A DNA stretch of 64,000 nucleotides, taken from NCBI GenBank assembly GCA_965262915.1, contig OZ253564.1:1728001-1792000 (forward strand). The letters run 5' to 3'. Numbering within the stretch: position 1 is the stretch's first letter; each line of letters starts with the position of its first letter. The position numbers and the translations under genes were made by a program. Below the pieces are notes generated by a model, which made no database searches, was not told the DNA's origin, and saw only the letters and a list, made by a program, of their open reading frames with translations. Below are positions 55,929-64,000 of the stretch, in pieces. Source of the stretch: Candidatus Spongiisociaceae bacterium. GTDB taxonomy: Bacteria; Actinomycetota; Acidimicrobiia; Spongiisociales; Spongiisociaceae.

Positions 55929-56692
55929 GTGGGCGCCTGCCTGGTAGCCGGACTCATGGGGCTGGTGGTGGGCCGGTTCCTGTCGGTTCTGGTATCCGCG
56001 GTGCCGGACGGCGGGGCGGTGCGGCGAGCGATCGGCAACCGGCCCGGTTGTGGCTGCCGGGGGCCAGGCCCAGTGACCTCCTCCCGGTGGTTTGGTGGGT
56101 CCGGAACAGAGGCAGGTGCCGCCGGTGCCACGACGCCGCCGGCGTCACGAGCCCGTCCGTGGAGGTGGTTACCGCAGGTCTGTTCACCACAGCCCTTTGT
56201 CTCGTCGGATGGGGATGGACCCTTCCGGCCTACCTCTGGTTCGTTTCCGTGACGGTCGTGCTGGCGTTCATCGACCTCCACCACCGGCGCATACCGAACC
56301 GGATCCTGCTACCCGGAACCGCGGTGGCGGTCGCGCTGCTCGCCGGGGGAGCCGCGCTCGAAGGCCGCATAGGCGACCTACCGGAGGCGCTGGTCGCCGG
56401 TACCGGCTACTTCGCCGTCCTGCTGGTTGCTGCCCTACTGGCAAGGGGCGCCATCGGCATGGGCGATGTGAAGCTGGCTTTCATGCTCGGGATCTTCGCC
56501 GGTTACGGAAGGTGGGAGGCTGCGATGGTGGCCGGGATCGGCGCCTTCGTCCTGGCCGGCGCGGTAGCGGTGTTGCTGATGGTCCTCCGGGTCCTTGGCC
56601 GCAACGACCACCTTCCGTTCGGACCTTTCATGGTGGTGGCGGCCTGGATGGCCATCGCCAGGGACCTCACCGCCGGGGCAGGACCGGTCTAG
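55929..56692 (+). CDS. A24 prepilin peptidase with a frameshift in the N-terminal zinc-binding domain
   Basis: N-terminus GLVVGRFLSVLV..VP..GCGC is in one frame; DLLPVVWW..RGRCRRC..FID....IPN..IGMGDVKL..LPFGPF is in another. The shift is at the G5 run 56059-56063. Confidence 0.85.
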
Positions 56693-56783
56693 TTGCCGGT
56701 TGTCGGCGATTGTCGGTTGTCGGTTGAAGGCGGTTGCCGGTCTGTTTACTATTAGATACTATCTATGAACTTGTAGTATATTG

Positions 56784-56965
56784 TGATGATTGATGATTGA
56801 TGATTGATGATTGATGATTGATGATTGATGATTGATGATTGATGATTGATGATTGATGATTGATGATTGATGATTGATGATTGATGATTGATGATTGATG
56901 ATTGATGATTGGCAACTGGCAACTGGCAACTGGCAACTGGCAACTGGCAGCTGGCAACTGGTCAC
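56784..56965. repeat. Compound heptamer tandem repeat
   Basis: (TGATGAT)18 at 56784-56909, followed by about 8 TGGCAAC-like units at 56910-56965. Confidence 0.95.
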
Positions 56966-57077
56966 CGGCTGCTGGTTACTGGGCGCGCTTCTATCATCTG
57001 ATGGGCGTTCGCGGGGATGTCCTGGAGAGACGACCACCCGCCGACCCGAGACCCGGTACCCGAGAACAGGCTGGCAC

Positions 57078-58319
57078 ATGTCGGAAACTCCCAACCCGGC
57101 AAGCATGCACCGAGCCGCGACCCGGGCGTTCGGAAGCCGGGTGATCCCCGGGTTGGTTATCGGCCACTCCGTGTTTCACTGGATCACGCAGAGCTTCGTG
57201 GTGGTCCTGCCCGAGATCCAGCAGGCGTTCCAGTTGAGCGGCGTCGGTGTGGGCGGGATCCTCGCCGCACGGGAATTGGCGTCGGGTTTCGTGCAACTGC
57301 CCGGAGGGGTGGCGGTCGATGTCCTGCGGAGGCATTGGGGTTCGCTCCTGGTTGCGTGTCTCGTGGCTTCGGCTCTGGGTTCCTTCGTCATCGGGGCTTC
57401 CCCTGCCTACTCTCTGTTGCTGGTCGGAATGGTCATCGTCGCCGTGGCCCACTCCATCTGGCATCTGCCCGCCTCGGCGTCCCTTGCACACCATTTCCGG
57501 CACCGGCGAGGGATGGGGCTGGCCTTTCACGGTGTCGGCGGCGGCGTGGGCGACGTTGCAGGTCCTGTCGTCACCGGAGCCCTGCTGGCGTTCCTGACCT
57601 GGAGGGAGGTGCTGAGTATCTACGCTGCGGCGCCCCTGTTGCTCGGAGCGGCGGCCGTCTGGGCGTTTCGAGGTATCGGACCGGATACGCAGGATGGCGA
57701 GCGCGCGGTTGCGCTGTCAGAACGGATCGCGATCACCAGGAGGCTCCTGGGAAGCCCCGTCCTCGGCGGGCTCGCTCTGGTGTACGGGTTGCGGACGATG
57801 GCGTTGGTGGCGTTGATAACCGTCCTGCCCCTGTACCTGGGTAGCGATCTGGCATTGTCCCCGGCTTCTCGCGGGTTCCACATAGGGCTGCTCATCGCCA
57901 TGGGACTGGTCACCAAGCCGATGGTCGGATACCTGTCCGATCGGTTGGGACGCAAGCAGGTGCTGGTGCCCGGATTGGTGTGGTCCACCGTGTTGGTCCT
58001 GATGCTGATTCCCTTCGATCGGGGTGTTCCGCTCACGATCGCGGTGGCGCTCCTGGGGCTGTTCCTGTATCCCGATCAACCGGTCCTGACCGCGGCCGTC
58101 TTCGACCTCGTAGGACACCAGGTGGCGAACACCGGTCTGGGGATGGTCTCCTTTGCCGGTGCCATGATGGGCACGGTGTCCCCGCTGGTTGCCGGAGCCC
58201 TGTACGAGAGGATGGGTTTCGACTCGACGGCCTACTACATAGCGGCTCTCTTCGCTCTGTCCGCGCTGTTCTTCCTGCTATTGCCGCTCTCCAAGAAGGC
58301 CGGTCGGCAGCAGGCTTGA
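57078..58319 (+). CDS. MFS transporter (Fsr-like)
   Basis: About 12 TMs; WHLPA, RG...AFHG.GG.VG, GYLSDRLGRK. Confidence 0.88.
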   Translation: MSETPNPASMHRAATRAFGSRVIPGLVIGHSVFHWITQSFVVVLPEIQQAFQLSGVGVGGILAARELASGFVQLPGGVAVDVLRRHWGSLLVACLVASALGSFVIGASPAYSLLLVGMVIVAVAHSIWHLPASASLAHHFRHRRGMGLAFHGVGGGVGDVAGPVVTGALLAFLTWREVLSIYAAAPLLLGAAAVWAFRGIGPDTQDGERAVALSERIAITRRLLGSPVLGGLALVYGLRTMALVALITVLPLYLGSDLALSPASRGFHIGLLIAMGLVTKPMVGYLSDRLGRKQVLVPGLVWSTVLVLMLIPFDRGVPLTIAVALLGLFLYPDQPVLTAAVFDLVGHQVANTGLGMVSFAGAMMGTVSPLVAGALYERMGFDSTAYYIAALFALSALFFLLLPLSKKAGRQQA

Positions 58320-58408
58320 CCCCCTGCTCCTCCGGTTAACGATCCGGCTCCGGAGGCGGACACGTGCCGCTTGCGAACCATCGAGAGTGATAGGACGGTA
58401 GGTATGGA

Positions 58409-60178
58409 TCAGATCTCGATCCGGACGTGGACGATATCGATTCCGTGGTACTTCTGATGGCGGACGGACGAGGCATGATGCTTCAGTAGCCGGAACGAGA
58501 CCTCCTGTTCATCCGGTTCACCGATGTCGTTCATATACGCCAGATGATCCTCGAGATTCTCTCGATCAGAAGCAGCTATGAACTCCAGGTCCACCGTTCC
58601 GTTCCGGGCGCGAGCGAAGATGATCAACCTGCGTACACTGTCGGCCAGGCTGCGATCGTCCTGCTGAATAAGACTCAGCAGTATCTCCTCACCAGATGAC
58701 CGTAATCGGTTGATCGCCTCGCCTTCAAGATCCAACTTCGATGCGACCTTGCACAGGAACCGATCGATGTCCGGCAGAGCAGAGATCCTCAATTCAGTAT
58801 CCAGGCGCCTGCGTCGTGGGCCGGTCAACTCAACGAATTCGGACATCAGAATCGCTGCCAGACCACCGCTGATAATGCCGTTGCTCAGTAGCGAACTCCA
58901 GATGCGATCTAGCCGATCGCTAGAGATCCAATGGTGCTCGAATCCTGCGCCGATCCAGAAGGCTACTCCGACGATTGTAGCGGTGTGTCTATCGATGTTA
59001 TCCTGGATAATCATCCGGATTCCTCCGACAAATACCAGACCCAATAGAAAGATCATATAAGCCACTATGACAGGACTAGGAATAGACATGATTAGGGCGG
59101 TGACTTTCGGAGAAAAGGCCAACACTACGAATGTGGCTCCAACATATACCCCTGCACTGCGTGCGGCGATTCCGGTAGTAGCCACTATCGACATACCCGA
59201 AGGATCCGGGGTATTGGGCATCGTTCCGATCAATCCACTCAATACCCTCCCTACTGCCTCCGTATTGAGAGCACGTTGAACGATGCGGAAATCAGTCGCT
59301 CTCGGTATACGCCAGGAGACCTGTTGAACCGCGACGCCGGCTGCCACGGTCTTGACGGCGCTGATCAGCGTGACTAACAGAAATGTCGGCAGGAGCACCC
59401 AGAACTCCACGCCCGGGGTCAGATCCAGACCCGGCCAGGCGAGTGGGGGAATACCTACCCAGGATGCTGCGGTCACCACACGACCGTCGTACAGCCCGAA
59501 CAGGGTGGCTGTCACACAGCCTGCCAGTATTCCGATCAGGGGCGACCACGGTTGCCACGCGGATGATCCCCGCAATGCCAGTGCTACTACCACGATCAGG
59601 GTTACGGCGGCAGTGCCGAGAACGGCGGCCGGCGATGTGGCGTCCGGAGCATCCCCCAGCAAGCCGAATACGATCGGCATGATCGAGGCTGCTATCAGCA
59701 TGATCACGGTGCCGGAGATGACGGGCGTGATGATCCTGCGCAGCAGCGAGAGGTGCGGGACGAGCGCGAACTGGAGCAGCGACGAGACGACGATCAGGCT
59801 CGACAGCATGGCCGGCCCACCCTTGACCAGAGCCGTGATGCACACCGCGGCGAATACGGGGGAGGTACTCATGATAAGTATGTGTCCGGCTCCCAACCGG
59901 CCGATCCGTACAGTCTGCAGAACGGTGGTTATGCCACAAACGACCAGTGCCCCGAATATGGTCCAGGACAGGTAGCTATCGGCCTGGCCGGCCGCCCGAA
60001 CTATCACGGCCGTGTTCACGACTACCGGGGCCACGGCCGCCACGGCGATCTGCAGGGCGACGCCGAGGGCCACCGGCGTCGGAGGGCGTTCGTTCGGCTC
60101 GTACCGGATACTGTTGTCGGGTTGAGGCGTTTCCAAGTGCACCCCTTCGATTGGCATCACAGACGACGGGCCAACCAT
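58409..60178 (-). CDS. NCS2 (xanthine/uracil) permease with a soluble C-terminal extension
   Basis: YEPNERPP...LQ, GITTVLQ..RIGRLG, TPVISGTVI.LI, TGIAAR, FSPK...SIP.P, LSNGI..G; plus about 135 aa of soluble tail. Confidence 0.88.
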   Translation of the reverse strand: MVGPSSVMPIEGVHLETPQPDNSIRYEPNERPPTPVALGVALQIAVAAVAPVVVNTAVIVRAAGQADSYLSWTIFGALVVCGITTVLQTVRIGRLGAGHILIMSTSPVFAAVCITALVKGGPAMLSSLIVVSSLLQFALVPHLSLLRRIITPVISGTVIMLIAASIMPIVFGLLGDAPDATSPAAVLGTAAVTLIVVVALALRGSSAWQPWSPLIGILAGCVTATLFGLYDGRVVTAASWVGIPPLAWPGLDLTPGVEFWVLLPTFLLVTLISAVKTVAAGVAVQQVSWRIPRATDFRIVQRALNTEAVGRVLSGLIGTMPNTPDPSGMSIVATTGIAARSAGVYVGATFVVLAFSPKVTALIMSIPSPVIVAYMIFLLGLVFVGGIRMIIQDNIDRHTATIVGVAFWIGAGFEHHWISSDRLDRIWSSLLSNGIISGGLAAILMSEFVELTGPRRRRLDTELRISALPDIDRFLCKVASKLDLEGEAINRLRSSGEEILLSLIQQDDRSLADSVRRLIIFARARNGTVDLEFIAASDRENLEDHLAYMNDIGEPDEQEVSFRLLKHHASSVRHQKYHGIDIVHVRIEI

Positions 60179-60199
60179 TATCCGTTCTGCAGCATTCTT

Positions 60200-60634
60200 C
60201 TACAGGTATCTGAGAATGTGGGTGGCCACGGCGACGGTCTCGCCTCGCTGGTTGATGGCAACCACATCGGCCAATGCCCGTGACTTCTCAGGCACGAGGG
60301 ATGTGATGCGGTATGTGACGGTGATCGTGTCGCCGATGAACACCGGCGCCGTAAAGCGCACGCGGTCGTAGCCGAGACTGACGGCGTGGTCCCCCGAGCG
60401 GGTGATCATCATTCCGGCCGTGGTGGACATGAAACCCACGATGAGGGCGCCGTGGGCGATGCGAGCGCCGAAACGGCTCGACTCCATCACCTCCTCGTTG
60501 ACGTGCATCTCGAAGAAGTCACCGGTGATTCCGGCGAACAGGTAGATGTCGGTTTCCCCGACAGTCTTGGAGAAGGTGGTCTCATCACCGATCTCGAGAG
60601 TCGCCAAACCGGCGACGGGTTTAACGCTGGTCAC
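60200..60634 (-). CDS. MaoC-family dehydratase
   Basis: DIYLFAGITGD...H, RIAHG, RFTAPVFIGDT. Confidence 0.92.
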   Translation of the reverse strand: MTSVKPVAGLATLEIGDETTFSKTVGETDIYLFAGITGDFFEMHVNEEVMESSRFGARIAHGALIVGFMSTTAGMMITRSGDHAVSLGYDRVRFTAPVFIGDTITVTYRITSLVPEKSRALADVVAINQRGETVAVATHILRYL

Positions 60635-60694
60635 CGTTCACCTCCCATCCTCCGGTAGCTTACGACGAGCCCGAACGGCTGTGCCGGCGGATGA

Positions 60695-61640
60695 TCAGGG
60701 AGGTGGTCTCCACCCACCCAGAGCCTCTTCGATGAGACCGGCGACCATGAGGGCTACTTCTTCTTTCCAGGGACCGGCCCCCACCTGGACACCGATGGGC
60801 AGGCGGTCGGGTGACGTACCGGCGCGCACCACCGCGGCGGGCAGGCCGCTGAGGTTGTAGTGGTGGGTGAAGCTGGTGTGTGGCCACCCGCTCGCCACCG
60901 TACCGTGAGGTAGGGCCGGGGTCGCCCACGCAGGGGAGAGGATGGCGTCGTAGTCCTCCAGGAACGATACGAGCCGGCGCCGGAACCGGTCGCGTCTTCC
61001 GACGAGGGCGGCCGTCTCGCGGCCCGAGAGGGCAGAAGTGTCGTCGGTGTCCTCCAGCCACCGGATGAGAGGGTGGGTCTCGGTCGTGCCGGCTTCCTGC
61101 AGGAGCCGCCGGACGGTTACTCCCCCATCGGCATGGATGACGGCCTCCTCTATTGCGTGGCCATCCTCGAACCCGGGCGGTCGGGCTTCGGTAACCGATA
61201 CGCCCGCCTCCGCCACGGCCTCGGCGGCCACCTCGACGGTGCTGCACGTATAGGGGTCCGGAAGTACACCGCCGCTGTCTGTGAAGTAGGCGACCCGGAC
61301 GGAGTCGATGGCCTTCTCGCTTCCGAGGTCGAGCGGCATGCGGACCGCATATGGGTCACGACCATCGGTTCCGGACAGCAGCCGGAGCGCCAGGGCCAGA
61401 TCAGCTACGTTGCGGGCCATGGGACCGATCTGGAACATGGGGCCGAGGAGTCCCGCGAACGGGGGCCAGTGGCCGGTACTCGGCACCCGTCCCGTGGTTG
61501 GCTTGAGGCCGGCGATACCGCAGAAGTGAGCAGGCAACCGGATGCTGCCACCCACATCGCTGCCGAGGCCCAACGGAGACAGTCCGGCGGCTATGGCAGC
61601 AGCCTCACCCCCGCTGCTTCCCCCGGGAGTTCGGCACGGG
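60695..61640 (-). pseudogene. Amidase-signature enzyme, 5'-truncated
   Basis: Begins at GSSGGEAAAIAAG..GLGSDVGGSIRLPAHFCG; the N-terminal part with the catalytic Lys is absent and HEPN sequence lies there instead. Confidence 0.8.
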
Positions 61641-61645
61641 GAGAC

Positions 61646-62055
61646 CTAAGAAGAAAGGAATCCCTCTATCGCTTCCATGAACGCTCTGCCTTGGACAGGG
61701 CGTCGGATGCGTCGACGGCTGTCCAATCACGCCTTGCATAGTCGTAGACCGCGATATTGCGGCTACGCAATAGCTCCGCTAGTATACCCCGAAGGTCCAT
61801 GGGTAAGTCCCGTTGACTAATGGCAGTATCTACTCCTATTTGGACACTCTAGTGCCCTTTAGTTCTGATACCAAGCCAACCCAATCCCACCTTAGCAGCA
61901 TAGAATACAGCATAATAGCTATCGTTGATATACTTAGGATATGTTCCGATAGATGGGTCCGACTGATAGATGGGTCCGACTGATAGATGGGTCCGAGCTG
62001 AACGCAATTCGCGTCGGCTGTCGTCCATAAGCCATTCGATATGCTGCTCATCCAT
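61646..62055 (-). pseudogene. HEPN-domain protein with an internal TAG
   Basis: SYYAVFYAAK..L...GI.TKGH*SV...RNIAVY...KAERF; in-frame stop at 61849-61851. Confidence 0.8.
61948..61996. repeat. 17-bp tandem repeat (~2.9 copies) inside the HEPN gene
   Basis: GATAGATGGGTCCGACT units at 61948, 61965 and 61982. Confidence 0.92.
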
Positions 62056-62431
62056 CTACTCGCCGCCCTTCACACTTCACAAAGTAGTGAAAGTCGTCGT
62101 CGCTGGTCTCCAACCACTCCAACCTAGTGGGATGTCCTTGTATGAATACCCCATGTGATAACTGGATAGGTAATTCCACCGAACACAATGACCTGACTTC
62201 TTCACTAATCAGCCCGTGTTCGTGAAGAACTACTAGCAGGTCCACGTCCGAGTCGGGACGATGATCCCCTCTGGCCCTCGACCCGAATAGCCATACCTGT
62301 GCAAGCCGACGACCGAAGACACGCTTATAACCTGCGATAGCCTTCGATATCGCATCCTGTACAACTTCCTCAGAGGGTGTTTTGTAATCTACGGCTTGAA
62401 GGCCCCTAGTAGTCACCGACATCCTTCCCAT
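62048..62431 (-). CDS. Minimal nucleotidyltransferase (MNT) antitoxin
   Basis: LFGSRARGDHRPDSDVDLLVV, EG near the C-terminus; overlaps the HEPN start. Confidence 0.9.
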   Translation of the reverse strand: MGRMSVTTRGLQAVDYKTPSEEVVQDAISKAIAGYKRVFGRRLAQVWLFGSRARGDHRPDSDVDLLVVLHEHGLISEEVRSLCSVELPIQLSHGVFIQGHPTRLEWLETSDDDFHYFVKCEGRRVDG

Positions 62432-62664
62432 AACAGATCTACGCCAGCCGATGTCGAGTTTTGTTCAAGAGAGTAGCGCTTGAACTACAACCAGCATATG
62501 GAGCATCAATCTCACATAGCTCATGTATTATACTACGCGCTCACGTGATCTGTGATCGGCCTTCATACGAGCCTGGCAACGGTGGACCTACCCGGTATCG
62601 ACTTGCCTCTCGGCGGAGGGGCTTACCATGTCACGATCGCGAGCAGCGGAGACGGAACGAGAAC

Positions 62665-63609
62665 TTGGATTACGGGCTCGGACTTCTGACGACCGGCTCC
62701 TACGAACGCGTGCTGGAGACCGCCTCATGGGTGGATAGCACGGGGCTGGTCAACTTCGCGGTCCCCGATCATTACCTTGATGAGTCGCCCGCCGGTCTGC
62801 CGATGCTCGATGCTTTCGCCGTTCTTGGGGGTCTCGCCAGGGAGACCGTGGCCGTCGAGCTGGCGGTGATCGTGAGCCCCGTCACCTTCCGGCATCCCGC
62901 GGTTCTGGCCAAAGCGGCGATCACCATCGACCGTATGTCGGGAGGCCGGTTTCTGCTCGGGGTGGGCACCGGGTGGCTCGAGAGGGAGCACACCGTTCTG
63001 GGGTTGAACTTCCCACCTCTGGCGGAGCGCTTCGACCTCCTCGAGGACGCTCTCGGCTACCTAAGGGCTGCCTTGGCCCCGGAACCGACCCCCTACACCG
63101 GCCGGTTCCACCGCCTTGAGCGACATCCGCTGCAGATCCCGCCGGGTCGGAGGGTTCCTCTGGTGGTGGGAGGCACCGGCCGGTCGCGCACGCCGAGGCT
63201 GGCGGGAATCCACGCGGATGAGCTGAACCTCCATTCCACTTCGATCGCCGGGGTCGAGGCCCGGATAGGGAGAGCGCGGAAAGCGGCGACCCTTAGCGGA
63301 CGGGATCCCGATGAACTACGCATCAGCTATTCGAGCGCCGTGGTGGCGGGCGCCAGCGATAAGGAGTACCGGTCCCGGCTCGTCGAGGCGGCCGGAAACG
63401 AAGGGATGGAGGCCGGAGAGTTCGAAGCTCTGTTGAGCCGGCGCCATACCCTCCACGGGACCTACCAGCAGGTGATCTCCAGGCTCGGCCGGCTCGAGGA
63501 GGTGGGAGTGAGCCGCTTCTACATCCAGCGGCGTCTCGAAGCCGACCTCGACGAAGCCGGGGAGATACTCGAGGGGATCGGTTTCCGAACGGGGGTGCCC
63601 GCGTCGTGA
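62665..63609 (+). CDS. LLM-class flavin/F420-dependent oxidoreductase
   Basis: PDHY, VSPVTFRHPAVLAK..TIDRMSGGRFLLGVGTGW..EH, VVGG.G..RT.RLA. Start codon uncertain. Confidence 0.9.
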   Translation: MDYGLGLLTTGSYERVLETASWVDSTGLVNFAVPDHYLDESPAGLPMLDAFAVLGGLARETVAVELAVIVSPVTFRHPAVLAKAAITIDRMSGGRFLLGVGTGWLEREHTVLGLNFPPLAERFDLLEDALGYLRAALAPEPTPYTGRFHRLERHPLQIPPGRRVPLVVGGTGRSRTPRLAGIHADELNLHSTSIAGVEARIGRARKAATLSGRDPDELRISYSSAVVAGASDKEYRSRLVEAAGNEGMEAGEFEALLSRRHTLHGTYQQVISRLGRLEEVGVSRFYIQRRLEADLDEAGEILEGIGFRTGVPAS

Positions 63610-63694
63610 TTACCCTTCCGGCAACAGGCCGTTCAGCAACGATTGCGGTCGGGCTGGTTCTCCCATCCGGCCGGGCAAAGCGAGGTGACGTCCG

Positions 63695-64000
63695 GTGACT
63701 GTTCCCCACGAGCGACGGTTCGAGTTCGATGTGCAGGGCTTCGTCCATCTCCGTGGCGCCTTGGCGCCGTCCGAGGTCGGGGAATACCTCCGGTGGGTCG
63801 AAGCTGCGGAGGGGGCCGATGTCCGGGCGCTGGGCGGCGATCACCAGGACCGGCTGATCAACCGGCCGGTCTCGCGGATCATCGACGTGGACCCTCGCTT
63901 CGCGTGTTTCCTGGATCACCCGGCGGTCGCCGACTACCTGGCAGATTTCCTGGGGACCGGCTACAAGCACATCGACAACGAGCTGTACTACACGTACCCG
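63695..64000 (+). CDS. Phytanoyl-CoA dioxygenase (PhyH) family protein, partial
   Basis: RFEFDVQGFVHLRGAL.P.EV...FLDHP.V..YL..FLG; open to the window end. Confidence 0.75.
   Translation, partial: MTVPHERRFEFDVQGFVHLRGALAPSEVGEYLRWVEAAEGADVRALGGDHQDRLINRPVSRIIDVDPRFACFLDHPAVADYLADFLGTGYKHIDNELYYTYP

Noticed and set aside
56784-56965. Possible CRISPR array, or short SIINHQ-repeat ORFs
   Set aside because: Pure heptamer tandem with no spacers and no cas genes; the ORFs are translation artefacts of the repeat.
61948-61996. Possible mini-CRISPR
   Set aside because: Units are contiguous 17-mers with no spacers.

Overview
High-GC actinobacterial chromosome segment. An Acidimicrobiia-like and possibly sponge-associated host is inferred from the SLH/TolB, cadherin, FN3, PhyH and F420-enzyme content. 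The backbone is a conserved housekeeping run: ruvCAB-[insert]-queA-tgt-yajC-secDF-apt-relA-MBL-hisS-aspS-rarA-alaS-ruvX-mltG-aroE-prepilin peptidase. It is preceded by a Tad/Flp pilus operon and interspersed with four toxin-antitoxin pairs (one with a decayed toxin), a decayed antitoxin-like relic and two nests of IS elements. The strongest signal is two paralogous IS110 elements (2356-3886 and 31285-32762) whose recombinases carry a C-terminal XRE-type HTH. Their bridge-RNA guides can be read from the sequence. The donor guides are identical, but the target guides differ and each matches its own insertion site. One element sits in the coding sequence of another IS110 transposase and the other in the terminal inverted repeat of an ISL3, so both appear to be RNA-programmed to target other mobile elements. 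Other notable items are an NCS2 permease fused to a degenerate RsbW-like domain, a duplicated rarA 3' end, a heptamer microsatellite, and homopolymer frameshifts in surface or pilus genes. No rRNA, tRNA or CRISPR array was seen. All calls are by-eye motif recognition; no database searches were run.
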